From contig CM052818.1 in assembly GCA_028534125.1 (NCBI GenBank), positions 32,862,001 through 32,926,000 on the forward strand: a DNA stretch of 64,000 bases, written 5' to 3'. Under the pieces are notes generated by a model. That model was not told where the DNA came from. It searched no databases and saw only the letters and a program-made list of their open reading frames with translations. Shown piece after piece: positions 14,431-25,375 of the stretch (positions are counted from its first letter, which is position 1; each line of letters starts with the position of its first letter). Both the position numbers and the translations under genes were made by a program. Source of the stretch: Lama glama. Its lineage: Eukaryota.

Positions 14431-15459
14431 GCTTCACCTCTGCTTCAGAGTGTCCTCTGCACACTCTGGTATCAGCACGTCCCAGTGGAATGGGATTATT
14501 CGACACTTGCTGACACTCCCACTAGGCTGAGAGCTCTTTTTGGCTGAGAATCTTGTCTGCTTCATTTCTGGACTCATATTTAGTGCAGGGCTGGGCAAGA
14601 AGGAGGGGCTCAACAAGTGTTTAATGAATAAACAGATACGCCTGGCAAAAATATATTGAAGGGGGTGCCCAGGAAAGTGTCCCAGAACAGGGAAGAAGCT
14701 GTGTTGGGGTAAATAATCCTCTCCTAGAAAAAAAATAACAATAAAACTAATGAAAATAAATAATGTCCTACAGCATCATTATGCATTTGTGGTGACCCGA
14801 TGAATTAGACAGGACAGATATTTCTTCCCCTTGTTGAGACACTGCTTGAGGTCACAGATCCAGTTAGTGCTGAGCGGGCCTGGAGCCCCTTTCTTCCCCT
14901 CAAGCCCAGTGTCCTCTTTCCTAGAAGGGGGAGGCCAGAGCAGACTGATCAATCACCTACCTCCAGCGTACCAGGCTCCAAATTCCTTTTGCTTTGTAAA
15001 TAAATCAAGTCCTGGAGGCCTGCTTCAGAAGGCAGCAGCAACTCCACGGGAGGCCCAGAGAGAAACTTCAGAGCATGCCTTCCCGGGGGAGCCTCCCTAT
15101 CAGGCTGCCTGGCCCCTGTCAGTCGCTGGCCTTGTAAATCCATGGGAGGCCCAGACCCTGGAATCTGCAGCTGCCTGGACTTCAGCAAGAAGTTTATCTT
15201 GGGGCCCGTCCCACACAGTGTGCTATTAAAATGCCATAAAGGTCTCATTTAATTGTTGATTGTCCCCAAACAGGAAGTCAAGGACAACATTAGAGCCAGG
15301 CCTCACTCAGGGTGAACGATGCCTTATACTGGATGAGGCAGTAGGGCTGTTTACATGCTTTCCTGTCTAGTTTCCTCTTGGGCTCAGGACAAGTTTTTCA
15401 GGGTCGTGAAGCCCTGGCTGCCTTAACACAGGTTCAAAACACTCTCTTTCGCCAGCAAG

Positions 15460-15612
15460 GCAGTTGGTTCTCCAAAAGTGGTTCTGGGACCAGCCCTATT
15501 GGCATCACCTGGGAATTGTTAGAAAGGCAAATTCTCAGACTCCCTCCAGGCCTCCTGAATTAGCAGTCATCTGAGTTTGAAGCTCTCCAGGTGATTCTGA
15601 GAAACACAGCTC
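15460..15612. mobile_element. MER5A-like hAT-Charlie MITE
   Basis: ggcatcacctgggaattgttagaaaggcaaattctcag ... ctctccaggtgattctga. Confidence 0.75.
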
Positions 15613-17199
15613 TGGCAGGCACCCAGGTGAAAGCTGTAAAGGGTTGGAAGCAAGAGCTGATAGGCTCTCTGGGCTGCAGTGGGAGCCGTGCGCAGGCCGG
15701 TGAGGTGTGCCCTGGCCTGCTTGGGGTGTTGGCTTTGAGAGGCACTAAGGCGTCTTTTCAGTGCGTGCTGGGAGGAGAAGGCCCATCCCGAAGGAGGAAC
15801 CATGGCCAGCCAGGGGCAACAGGTAAGAAAACTAGTGGGACCCCACTGAGGAGGAAGGTGGGGCCGCTGTCTGGGGTGGCCAGGCCAGGTGAGGCACACC
15901 AGGGCCTAAGGTGCAGGCCAGGCCGGGGCCGATGCTGTTCCCTCAGCCAGCTTTCTCTTGTGCTCTTGGATACGGGCCAAAGATTCTAGACTGCCTGGCT
16001 GTCAGCGAGTTATTGATTGCTGCCCTGTTACTTGGTCATGCCCTTCATAGCTGCCTTGCTTCAGCAAACACTGTTGATGAGCAATCTGGGCTCTCCATAT
16101 TTCACAGTGCGCCCGGCACCTCCCACACTTCTCATTACCTGTCTCCCTCCAGCTCCTTGCCCCGGTGATGTGGGGCCTCACCCCCATCAGGAGGGGTCCT
16201 GTGGGATGTTATGACATGGGTACTGTCGACTGAACTGGCCTTTCAGGCTTTCATTTCACATCTCTGCCTTCCAGCGCTTTGTCATTCTAGTGATGGGAAG
16301 ATGCCTGGGATTTCAATATGACATGTGGGCAGGGACCCGCATACCCGAGTTGGATGTGTTGTGTTTAAATCGGTACATCATCTTATGAGAAGTTATTGGT
16401 AAAAAAAAAAATCAGTTGTCCCAGTGCTGTAATTAAAACCTGTAACTCCATGTTTACTGTCAGGCAGTGAAAGTCCTAGCCTATACGTTTTACACATGGA
16501 TGCTAAATAACGCACCGGTCCTCACAGCCACATCCCCGTCACTGTGTCTGTACCTGTGACCAGTTGTGACTCAGGTGGGCCAGGCTTCTAGCAACTGGGA
16601 TGGGGGAAGAGGCTGGCACCCATCTGTGGAGTTGGATTCTGAGGGAAGTGGTAAAAAACTTACTGTGTCCATGTCAGTCATTGGGTTTGAGAAATGATGA
16701 CGGAGGGTCAAAGTAGGGGGCATAGAGAGGGGAATCTCTTGGTCTTGGGGAGAAGCAAAACTAGGCTGGTAGTCACCTCAAAGTCCATCAGGCTTGGAGC
16801 TGGGTGAGGCAGGGACCAGCCAAATAGGCAGGGGCTCCAGGCCTAGAAACAGGAGCTACCCGGGAACTAGGTGGTGACTTGATGGTTTTAGAGAGGTTGG
16901 TGGATATGTGGGTGTCTGTTGTAACAGATGGGTGGCTGGAAAGATGACTCTAGTGCCCACAGATGCTGGGTGAGAGGCTGTACACCTGCCAGGATTGGTT
17001 CCAGACCATGAACTGTGTGGGGCCTGCAGGAGGCGGGACTGTCAATGCCTGAGCTCCAATTCCACTGGTGGGAAACAACGTGGGATGAATTATCAGTTAG
17101 TTTACAAGGAGGTCATGGATTTTCCGAGCTTTAATTACAAGTCTACCTTCCCCATGTGCGGCCTTGCCTCTTCCCTCCCTGGGGGAGTTTTCTGGAGTG

Positions 17200-17400
17200 A
17201 TGCAGTGGGTTGTAGAGGAAAGCACTTTGGAATCCGGCCAACCAGGCTCTGAATTGTGTTCTTGCTCCGTGAAGATGGATAGTTCAAGGGACTTTCCCTT
17301 CATCCTGCTGAGCTTCAGTTTCCTCATCTCTAAAATGGGATCCCTCAGGCCTGTGTCACAAATACTACAGTTATGAGGGTAAAGGAGGTTATGTATCTGC
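17200..17400 (+). mobile_element. MIR SINE
   Basis: gagcttcagtttcctcatctctaaaatggga core. Confidence 0.7.
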
Positions 17401-18924
17401 TTTATCACGGAGGCTCTGAATCAACGTTTGTTTCCTCTTTTCTCCCCGCTCCCCCTCCCAGCCCGCATCCTGGACACAGGACTTGAGCCCTCTGTGTTTT
17501 GCAAGCCAAGTGAGCACCTTGGGTAAACACACATTAGCTCATCTGCGTCAGCTTTGCTGTAAACAGGGAGCAGGGGCTTGGGGAGAGGGCGTCTGTCTGT
17601 ATTTCTTTCACTTGGAAAGCCAGAGGCAATTTTCTTTCTTTCCTTTTAGTAAGAGAGAATCTATGCTGGATATTCTATCCTAGAGATCAAGTTCAGTCCT
17701 CTGGGCAGAGTCATACAATATCCAAGGCAATTACAGGGAAAGCTGGGGTCTGGGCCTCACCCGCGATGTTTATCGTGGACGTGGAGTCTCGCTCTGGCTG
17801 CGTGTTGGTGAGAACCAGGGAGGGGTGTGGGCTCAGACACTTGGATAGGCCGTCTGCTCTGTGCCACCACTTTGGAACAACCCAGTGCTTCATCATCTCC
17901 CTCTGTAGGAATGAATTTCTAAATTTCCTGCCTCATAGCCAGGATGTGAACTTGAATTCACTTCAAACAGCCCTGCTTGCTCTCCTGTTCCCCCTGCCTC
18001 CTGTTCTCCCTTGAGTATTAGCCAAAAAGGGGAGGTCCCTTGGCCCTTCAAAATGTCATCCAGCTGCAGGGCAGCCTGGCACATCAGCATTACAGCTGCT
18101 TCTAATTTCCTGGAGCGGGCAGCTGGAGGCACCCCAGCATCCTGGCGCCTGTGGGGGAGTGATTGGCTCACCCCAGCTGTGCATTTGAGCTGAAGAGGCT
18201 TCAAAAGGAAGAGTCACGTTACAAAGCTGTGGATATTCTTAAGTGCTGTACAGCAGGGGTACATGATGTGTGTGTGTCACCCTGGCTTAAACTCTTGAGA
18301 GCCATTGGATCCCCAGTTGTTTTTGCTACACAGATTGGTAAAATGCACATGGAGATTTTTGGAAGACATAGGGGGAAAATGGTAGGAAAGAATAAAGGAG
18401 GCCTTTAGGGAACGTATCTGGAGGAGAGGAAGAAGAAAAGGGGAGAGGAAAGAAGGACAGGAGGAGGAGAGGCAGTCAGCGCCAGTTGAGCAATTCACAG
18501 GCATACAGCGCGTCCCTACTGTATGCCAGGTACCAATTCCAGCACCTGCAGTCATAAATGCTCACTGTGCTCTGCTGTCACCAGCAAGGTGAGGTGTCCA
18601 AGGGGAATGTGTCACAGTGAATATCCAGCGTCCTGGACATCTCCCTGAATGCAGCCTGGAAAGCATCTGCCCTGGGAGACTGGCTACGACTGTGGCCTTG
18701 GTTTCCATTCCTTTGGAAGACGTCATCAGATGCTCTTCAGGACCTAGACTATGCTGGTGTTTACTGCCTGTCCCCAGGGCCTGGTGCAGTGCTTGGCACA
18801 AGGTAGATGCGTAGTAAATATCTGTCGAAGGAACGGGAATTAATATTTAGTTGAATACTCTGAAAAAGCGCAGACAAGGCTCACTATATTAGTGCTTCTT
18901 AAATTTTTTTTTTTTAATGATGTA

Positions 18925-19050
18925 CTGCTGTTTTTGAAGATGGAACAAGGGGTCTAGAGCCAAGGAGTACAGGTGGCTTCTATAAGCTGGAAAAGGCACG
19001 GAAATGGGTTCTCCCCCTAGAACCTCCAGAAGAAATGCAGCCGTGCTGAT
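18925..19050 (+). mobile_element. Internal fragment of an MLT1C/D-like LTR beside a MER5-like remnant
   Basis: tttgaagatggaacaagggg ... aagctggaaaaggcacggaaatgggttctccccctagaacctccagaagaaatgcagcc. Confidence 0.7.
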
Positions 19051-20509
19051 ACAGACACACGAAATTTATGTTAATCTCCCGAGAATCTTGCTTAAACGCT
19101 GATTCTGGCTCAGTAGGTCGAGGGTGGGGCCTGAGACGCTCTGCGTGTCTAACTGGCTCCCAGATGATGCTGTTGGTCCCCAGCCCACACTTGGCGCAGA
19201 GATCTTCATCTTTCCTAAAAGCTGTCCAGCCATCTACTGATTTGATCTAGCATCCCCCTGGCCTCAGAAGGTGGCCACTGAGAAGTGGTTGGAAAGTAGA
19301 AGGTTGTAGTTTGGAATTGAAAAAGAATTTAGTTCCCAGCTTTGTCTGCAGTCTGTTGAGCACCATGGTCCAGTGACCAAAGAAAGACCAGATAGAAAGT
19401 AAAAGCAAGCATTTCCCCTCTTCCCACTGCTGGCCCCCTGGAACATCCCTACAGCAGAGAGGTTTGTAATCTGCAGCCTCACCAAGCACCCCTTGTGACC
19501 AAAGCCTTCCTAGATTCCAGGGAGGTAGTGACTGTGATCCCAAGGGATGTGAGGCCAAAGACCATTTTGTTAGGGGTCTTTGCTGTGTTCTGGGATCTTT
19601 GAAGCTCTCTTACTAGCGTGGACCTTACTTCTGGAGATTTTGGACAGAATCAATTGTTCTCCTTTGGAATCCAATCCAGCTATCCGCAACTACCATCACC
19701 TCCCTTTCCACCAACATTTCATCACCGCCACTGCCTCCACCCCTTCTGCTGCTGCCTCCCCAGCACCATGGTGCCAACTCCATCATCCCCACCTCCACTG
19801 CTTCCAGCTTGCACTCATACAGTGTTTTGGTTGTTTCTACAGTGCTGTCACATGAATCCATGTGGTAGGCACCATTGTCCCTGTTTAAAGAAGTAGAAGG
19901 GCCAAAGAAGATAAATTCTGTGAGGTCTCAGAGCTAAGTGACAGGGTTGGAATGCAAAATCAGTGTCCTCTGATTCCAAAGCAAGCGCTGTCTCTCACTG
20001 TTCCGTGTCTCCTCTGAGGAGTCCTATGTCCCTCTTCTACTCTAGTCTCAGCAATGAGTCTGTGATTTTCACCCTGGCAGGGAGGGCCTGATCCGTGGAG
20101 GGGGGCAGGTTCATCCTCCCCTGGGCATACTGCTTATCCAACCAGAGAGGCAGTCAAATCTCCTGGAGTCCAGTGACCAGCCCCACTGGTTTATGGCCAT
20201 GCTTCTGTGCCAGAGCGGCAGGCTGAGTGGTCACTTCGCTGAAACTCTTAATTCAACAGGGTGGAGATGGGGAAGAGGTCAGTGATGTCACTGTTTCTTT
20301 ATGACTTTGTAGAGTCACCCTTTGAAAGCCATTTATTTGTATCTGAAAGAAAAAAAAAAAGCAACAACTTCCTCACCCCACCCCGACCCTGAGCCTGTGA
20401 TGTGGGCAGAAAGATGCTAAGCTGTAAAACAGGAATGAGAAATGCCTTACACTGCGATGGCAAGGTACACTTTCAAAGAGCCCATAAGGCTTTACTTCAT
20501 TTTACTCCT

Positions 20510-20620
20510 CCTGACACTTCCTTTTAAGGTAGGCAGGACAGGTATTATTATTCTCATTCTACAGATGGGAAGACTGAGGCTCAAAGAGGTTAAGGGACTT
20601 GCTCAAGGTCACAGATCTAG
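20510..20620 (-). mobile_element. MIR SINE
   Basis: cattctacagatggggagactgaggctcaaagaggttaagggacttgctcaaggtcacag. Confidence 0.8.
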
Positions 20621-22224
20621 GTTCCCAAGGCAAATTGTCTGTCCCCAGTGCTCTTTGGGTCACATGCATACACTATGGTGGTCACCTGCCTTGCACATAG
20701 TGTCACCAACCAGCAGAGAACCTTCAGATGGGGCATGCCATCCAAGCCCTGGCACATTTATTACCAGTAGCTGTCATTCCTTATTTTATTACCCCCGAAT
20801 GCAACTCTTTACAAAAACATCTGAAAATTAACCAGAGTGCCTGGGAGCTGAGTTGGCACCTGAGTGAGAACAGGACATGAAACACCCAGGGGAGGGGCAG
20901 GAATGCTTCTAGAGGGAAGGACACAGGTACTGGAAACCAGCAGGTCCAAGGTCATGCCCAGAGATAGCTGATGTGGAGAGCAACAGGCAGAGGGTAGCCA
21001 CCTGCAGGCCAGGCTCAGGTCTGGAAGAGCTGGGGCAGACAGGTCAGGTCCAAAGCCTGAGTTTTGAGAACCCAGAATTCTGGGGAAGAATTGTCACGGA
21101 CTCATGTCTGGCAACAGTCTGGGGGAAAAAAGTCTAGGCAAGAGACCAAAACTGGAGCTTGACACTAACTAGGGTTGCATAAAGCAGAGGCTGTTCTTAG
21201 ACTTCCTGTTCAAGACAAAACTAGGTTTCAGTGTTTGTGTTGGTCTGAATCCACGGCAGAAGGCAAGCAGGCCGCTGGACCACAGTGAGAGAACCAAGAG
21301 GTGGCTACCAAGGATGTCTCTGACTGATAATTTTTGTAGAGTTATGTTTCCCAAGCTGACATTCTGCAGAACACTGTTTCGTATGATGCTTCTGAGTGTG
21401 TCAAGATCGAAAGGTCTGTGCTCAGTAAAGATGGGAATACTGGATCAAATGAAGCGACCCAGGTTCCGTTATTACAGGAATTTTCAGCACCTTTAATATG
21501 CAAATAAGTAATGTGAATTTCCAGGGGAAAGCTATTAAAAACAAAGTTTCCTAAACTTTTTTGACCCCCCCCTTTTTTTTGGCCTTGGCACACATGTTAA
21601 CATTTCCCTGGAACACTGGGGGAACTTAGTCCAACTTTTGCTCAGCTGGGCCACACTTACAATATTTTCTGCTTCTATACTGAGGTCCTGGCCTTTTCCC
21701 TCATCACAAGTGTGCTAGAAGACAGAGCGGTTAGGTTAGAAACCTGAGCCAAGCAGCATTGTGGTTTTAAGGTTAGCCCACCCTTCCACCTCTAATTTGG
21801 CGTGTCTCCTCCCAGTCTTTTTTTTTTTTTTAATGCCCTTTTAAAGCTCGGTCATTGCAGTCTAACATATTTCAAACTAGTGTTTGGAGTCTTGTACACT
21901 CGGGTTGGCAGCCTCTCCCTTTCAATGTACCAAACTATACTGAAATTCAGAATAAAAGATCAACAAAACCCAGGGACCCCAGCCTTTCTCTGCCCACTAC
22001 CTGTTCACCCAAACGAGCAGGAACCAGAGGGACAGAGTGGAGTAGGGGGCTGTCAGTCCCTGTTGCCCCTTTAGATCAGGTATCACGTATGTGTGACCAC
22101 AGCCAGCTGGGCTGGACCGAGCAACACTCCCTGATTTTTCTGTATGGAATCTGCTCCCTTGCTGTTTCTCCCACTCTGGCCTCAGCCTTTCTGTATTGGG
22201 AAGTCCTTAATGGTCATTGATCTA

Positions 22225-22433
22225 CAACAATGGTTCTCAAACCTGGACGTTGATCTGGGTTACCTGGAGGACTTTCTAAAACACAGATTGCCGGGTCCCA
22301 CCTCCAGAGTTTCTTACCGAATAGACCTGGGATGAATAGTCCCTGGGATGGGACCTGGGGGTTTGCATTTCTATTAGGTTCCCTTGTGATGCTGATGCTA
22401 GTGGTCAGAGGATGATATTTTGAGAACTATTAG
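22225..22433. mobile_element. MER5-like hAT-Charlie MITE
   Basis: Inverted termini caatggttctcaaa ... tttgagaactatt. Confidence 0.75.
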
Positions 22434-23379
22434 TCTATAATTCCGAAGCCTATGTATCAGAATCAGCTTAGAATCTTGGTTACTTGGAGGTCCCTGGAGC
22501 TCACCTCAGCCCAACTGAATCGGGATTGCCAGGGGTCAATACCTTGTCTGCCTCTCCCTGGCCTGGCCTCTGATGGTCTGTTTCCCTCTCTCCTGTGCCA
22601 AATAGGAATACTGGGATGCTGGCCTCTCCTGTAATGAACTTCCTCAACTGCCCATTGGCACAGAAACCCATCGTATCCAATGTGGCTAGGAAAGCTGACA
22701 AGAAGGACTTGTGTTCTCCACTTGATTAGTTTTAAGAAGGTCTCTATGTGTGTATCATCTTTTTTTCACCCTCTCTAAGTAAAAATGCCATTTGTGTAGC
22801 ACTTACAGTTCGTTAAGTGCTGATCTTCAATGATAATACTGTGTCATAAGAATCATAAGCTGCATTCTACATATGAAGTATCTATGGTTCAGACGGTTAA
22901 AGAAATTGGGGAAATAATAGGACTTGGAGTCATTAGTCAGTTATCCAGTGCTGGAGAGAAAGCTCCAGGAGAGTGAGTGTAAACACCCTGATTTGGAGGG
23001 TAAGCTCCTCCCCTTTCTACCTGGAGGCAGGTGTGAAGGCAGACCTAACAGCTCTACCTGATCAATGTGGTGAACACATGGCATCAGGCTACACCTGATT
23101 TCAGGTAATTTTTATACAAAGGCATCAGGATAGGTCTCTTAAATTAGAACTTTGGGCATATGAGTCTTTAGAATTGAAACTAACTGAATAAATACAATGT
23201 GGATGTAATTAGATGTGCTAAATAATTTCATTTGTCACATAAAACTTCATTTTATAAATATTCTTCTTTTGAAAATGAGGAAACTAGATTCAATAAGACC
23301 AGATGACTTATCCAGGGTTATGAGGTTAACAAGTGAAGGAACAAGAATTTGAAGTTCTTCAAAAATCTGTGCTCTTGAA

Positions 23380-23830
23380 ATTAGAAAGACCAATAATAAG
23401 TGTTGGTGAGGATGTAGAAAGAATGGAATCCTTATACACTGCTGATGGGCATGCAAACTGGTACAACCACTTTGGAAAGAAGCTTGGCTGTTCCTCCTGA
23501 AGTTAGGTGGATCATTACCACATGAGCCAGCAATCTCACTGCTAGGTATTTATCCAACAGAAATGAAACACACATCTACGCAAAGACTTGGTAGGCTTTT
23601 TCACACTAATCCCCACCTAGAAACTAGCAAAATATCCAACAACGGGTGAATGAAATAAGTTGTGGCATGTCCATATAAAGGAATACTACTCTACTAAGCA
23701 ATGAAAAAGAATAACATGGAGGACTTTTTTTTTTAACGGAAAAATTGAGATATCGAAGAGCACAGACTCTCTGATTACATTTATATGAAATTCTGGAAAA
23801 GGTCAAACAAATCTATAGTGATACATGTGC
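23380..23830 (+). mobile_element. Old L1 fragment (ORF2 end and 3'UTR, L1MC/ME-like)
   Basis: aagtgttggtgaggatgtaga ... gtacaaccactttggaaa ... cagcaatctcactgctaggtatttatcca. Confidence 0.75.
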
Positions 23831-24344
23831 AAGAGTTAGGGTATAAAACCCTAACTGTTTTACAGTCTCCAGTTTACAGCTGAGAAAATGAGGCTCAGAA
23901 AGTTTAAGTAGCTTGTCCAGGGTTACATATCCTGCACGCTACCCTTCTCTCCTTGAGCTCAGGCTGTTCTGCTTGACCTCACTCGTTCTGCTGGCTCCCT
24001 CTTCTATTTGGAAGAGTGTCAGCTTACTTTGCTCAGAGTTGAAGCCTGTGTTTACTGCCTCCCTCTGCAAGTAACTCAATACCCTTTAAGGCTGGCATCA
24101 TTTGGACATTTCTGTCCCCTTTCTACATCTTGAATCTCACTTTAGTTTTTCTTTTCCTACCTCTGCTGTTCTCTCTCCAATCTCCTAATGCTCCTGTTTG
24201 CTCCCTTCAAATCCTCTCTCCTTTGCTTCCTTCTATTTTCACTATGTCTACACTCAGATCTTACTGCTGAGGAAGGAGAGATTTCTGTCAGGATGTGATT
24301 CTCACACAACCATTTTCTTTGACGAGGAAAATTATATGGCTCTT

Positions 24345-24534
24345 CTAAGTTTGACAGATTTAAGAAGGCAGGATGCGCAGTTAAATTTAAATCTTGGATA
24401 AGTGATGGATAATTTTTTTTGGTGTAAGTATATCCCAAATATTGCATAGGACGTACTTACACTAAAATATCATTGGTTGCTTATCTGAAATCCAAATTTA
24501 ACTGAGTGTCCTGTGTGTTATGTGGCAACTCTAG
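24345..24534. mobile_element. MER53 palindromic hAT MITE
   Basis: caggatgcgcagttaaattta ... gtgtaagtatatcccaaatattgcataggacgtacttacac ... aaatttaactgagtgtcctg; long self-complementarity. Confidence 0.85.
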
Positions 24535-25375
24535 CCACTCTTGATGTGCCATCATTTTATTAAGAAAGGACAGGTTTTTGAAAGAGCCTCCAAAGATGCA
24601 GCCTCCCTGGGAAGCAAAATAAGACTGGCCCTTCAAGGTTTCTCCACCTGGATATCTACCACCCGTGTTCATCTTGTTTGTCTTCCTCCCAAAGCATCTA
24701 CTGTGGCCTCCCTTGCTCCCTGCCCTGTCCTTCACCTCCTTAGCCCTGAACGCCTTGCCTGTCTGACTAACCCACTCACTGTTGTCCTTGCCATGTTGAG
24801 GATGCATGTTCTCTAGTTTTTCCCTTGATGTCTGTTGTCAACGCCGACCTGCCTTTGCTCTGGTAGATACCCTATCCAATCTGGCCAGGCTCGTGACTCT
24901 ACATGCCAGGGTCAAAGCCACAGTACTTTCAAGACATCAGTGCATCCCATCCCAGACCCTATCTGAGGTTACAACAGAAACACTAACTGGGAGCCTTCAC
25001 TCTTCCACCCATCTCTATCAGTTACATGTGAGTTACCCGAGTAGACTCAAATTCACTGCCAGGTTTGAAACTGGGCAGGTCTCTGGTTTCACTAGGCTGT
25101 TTTCAAGTGGTTGCTGGGTAAGAGGACTTAGGAATATATTCTCAGTTGACAAAGGGCAAAAAGGGCCTACATTCAGTTTATGTCAATAAAATTTGGGGGA
25201 TTATTCTAGGAAAGAAAGGAAATCTTATATTAAGCTACCAGGTGAGATATTTTGTAATTCTTTCTATTCCTGTTGAGATTTTGCAGACACAAAACACACG
25301 CAGACCACTTGATCGATAGAAAAGTAAATGAGAAGCTGTCTGTGGGAGCTGAAGGCTGGTTTACAGTTATAGTAT

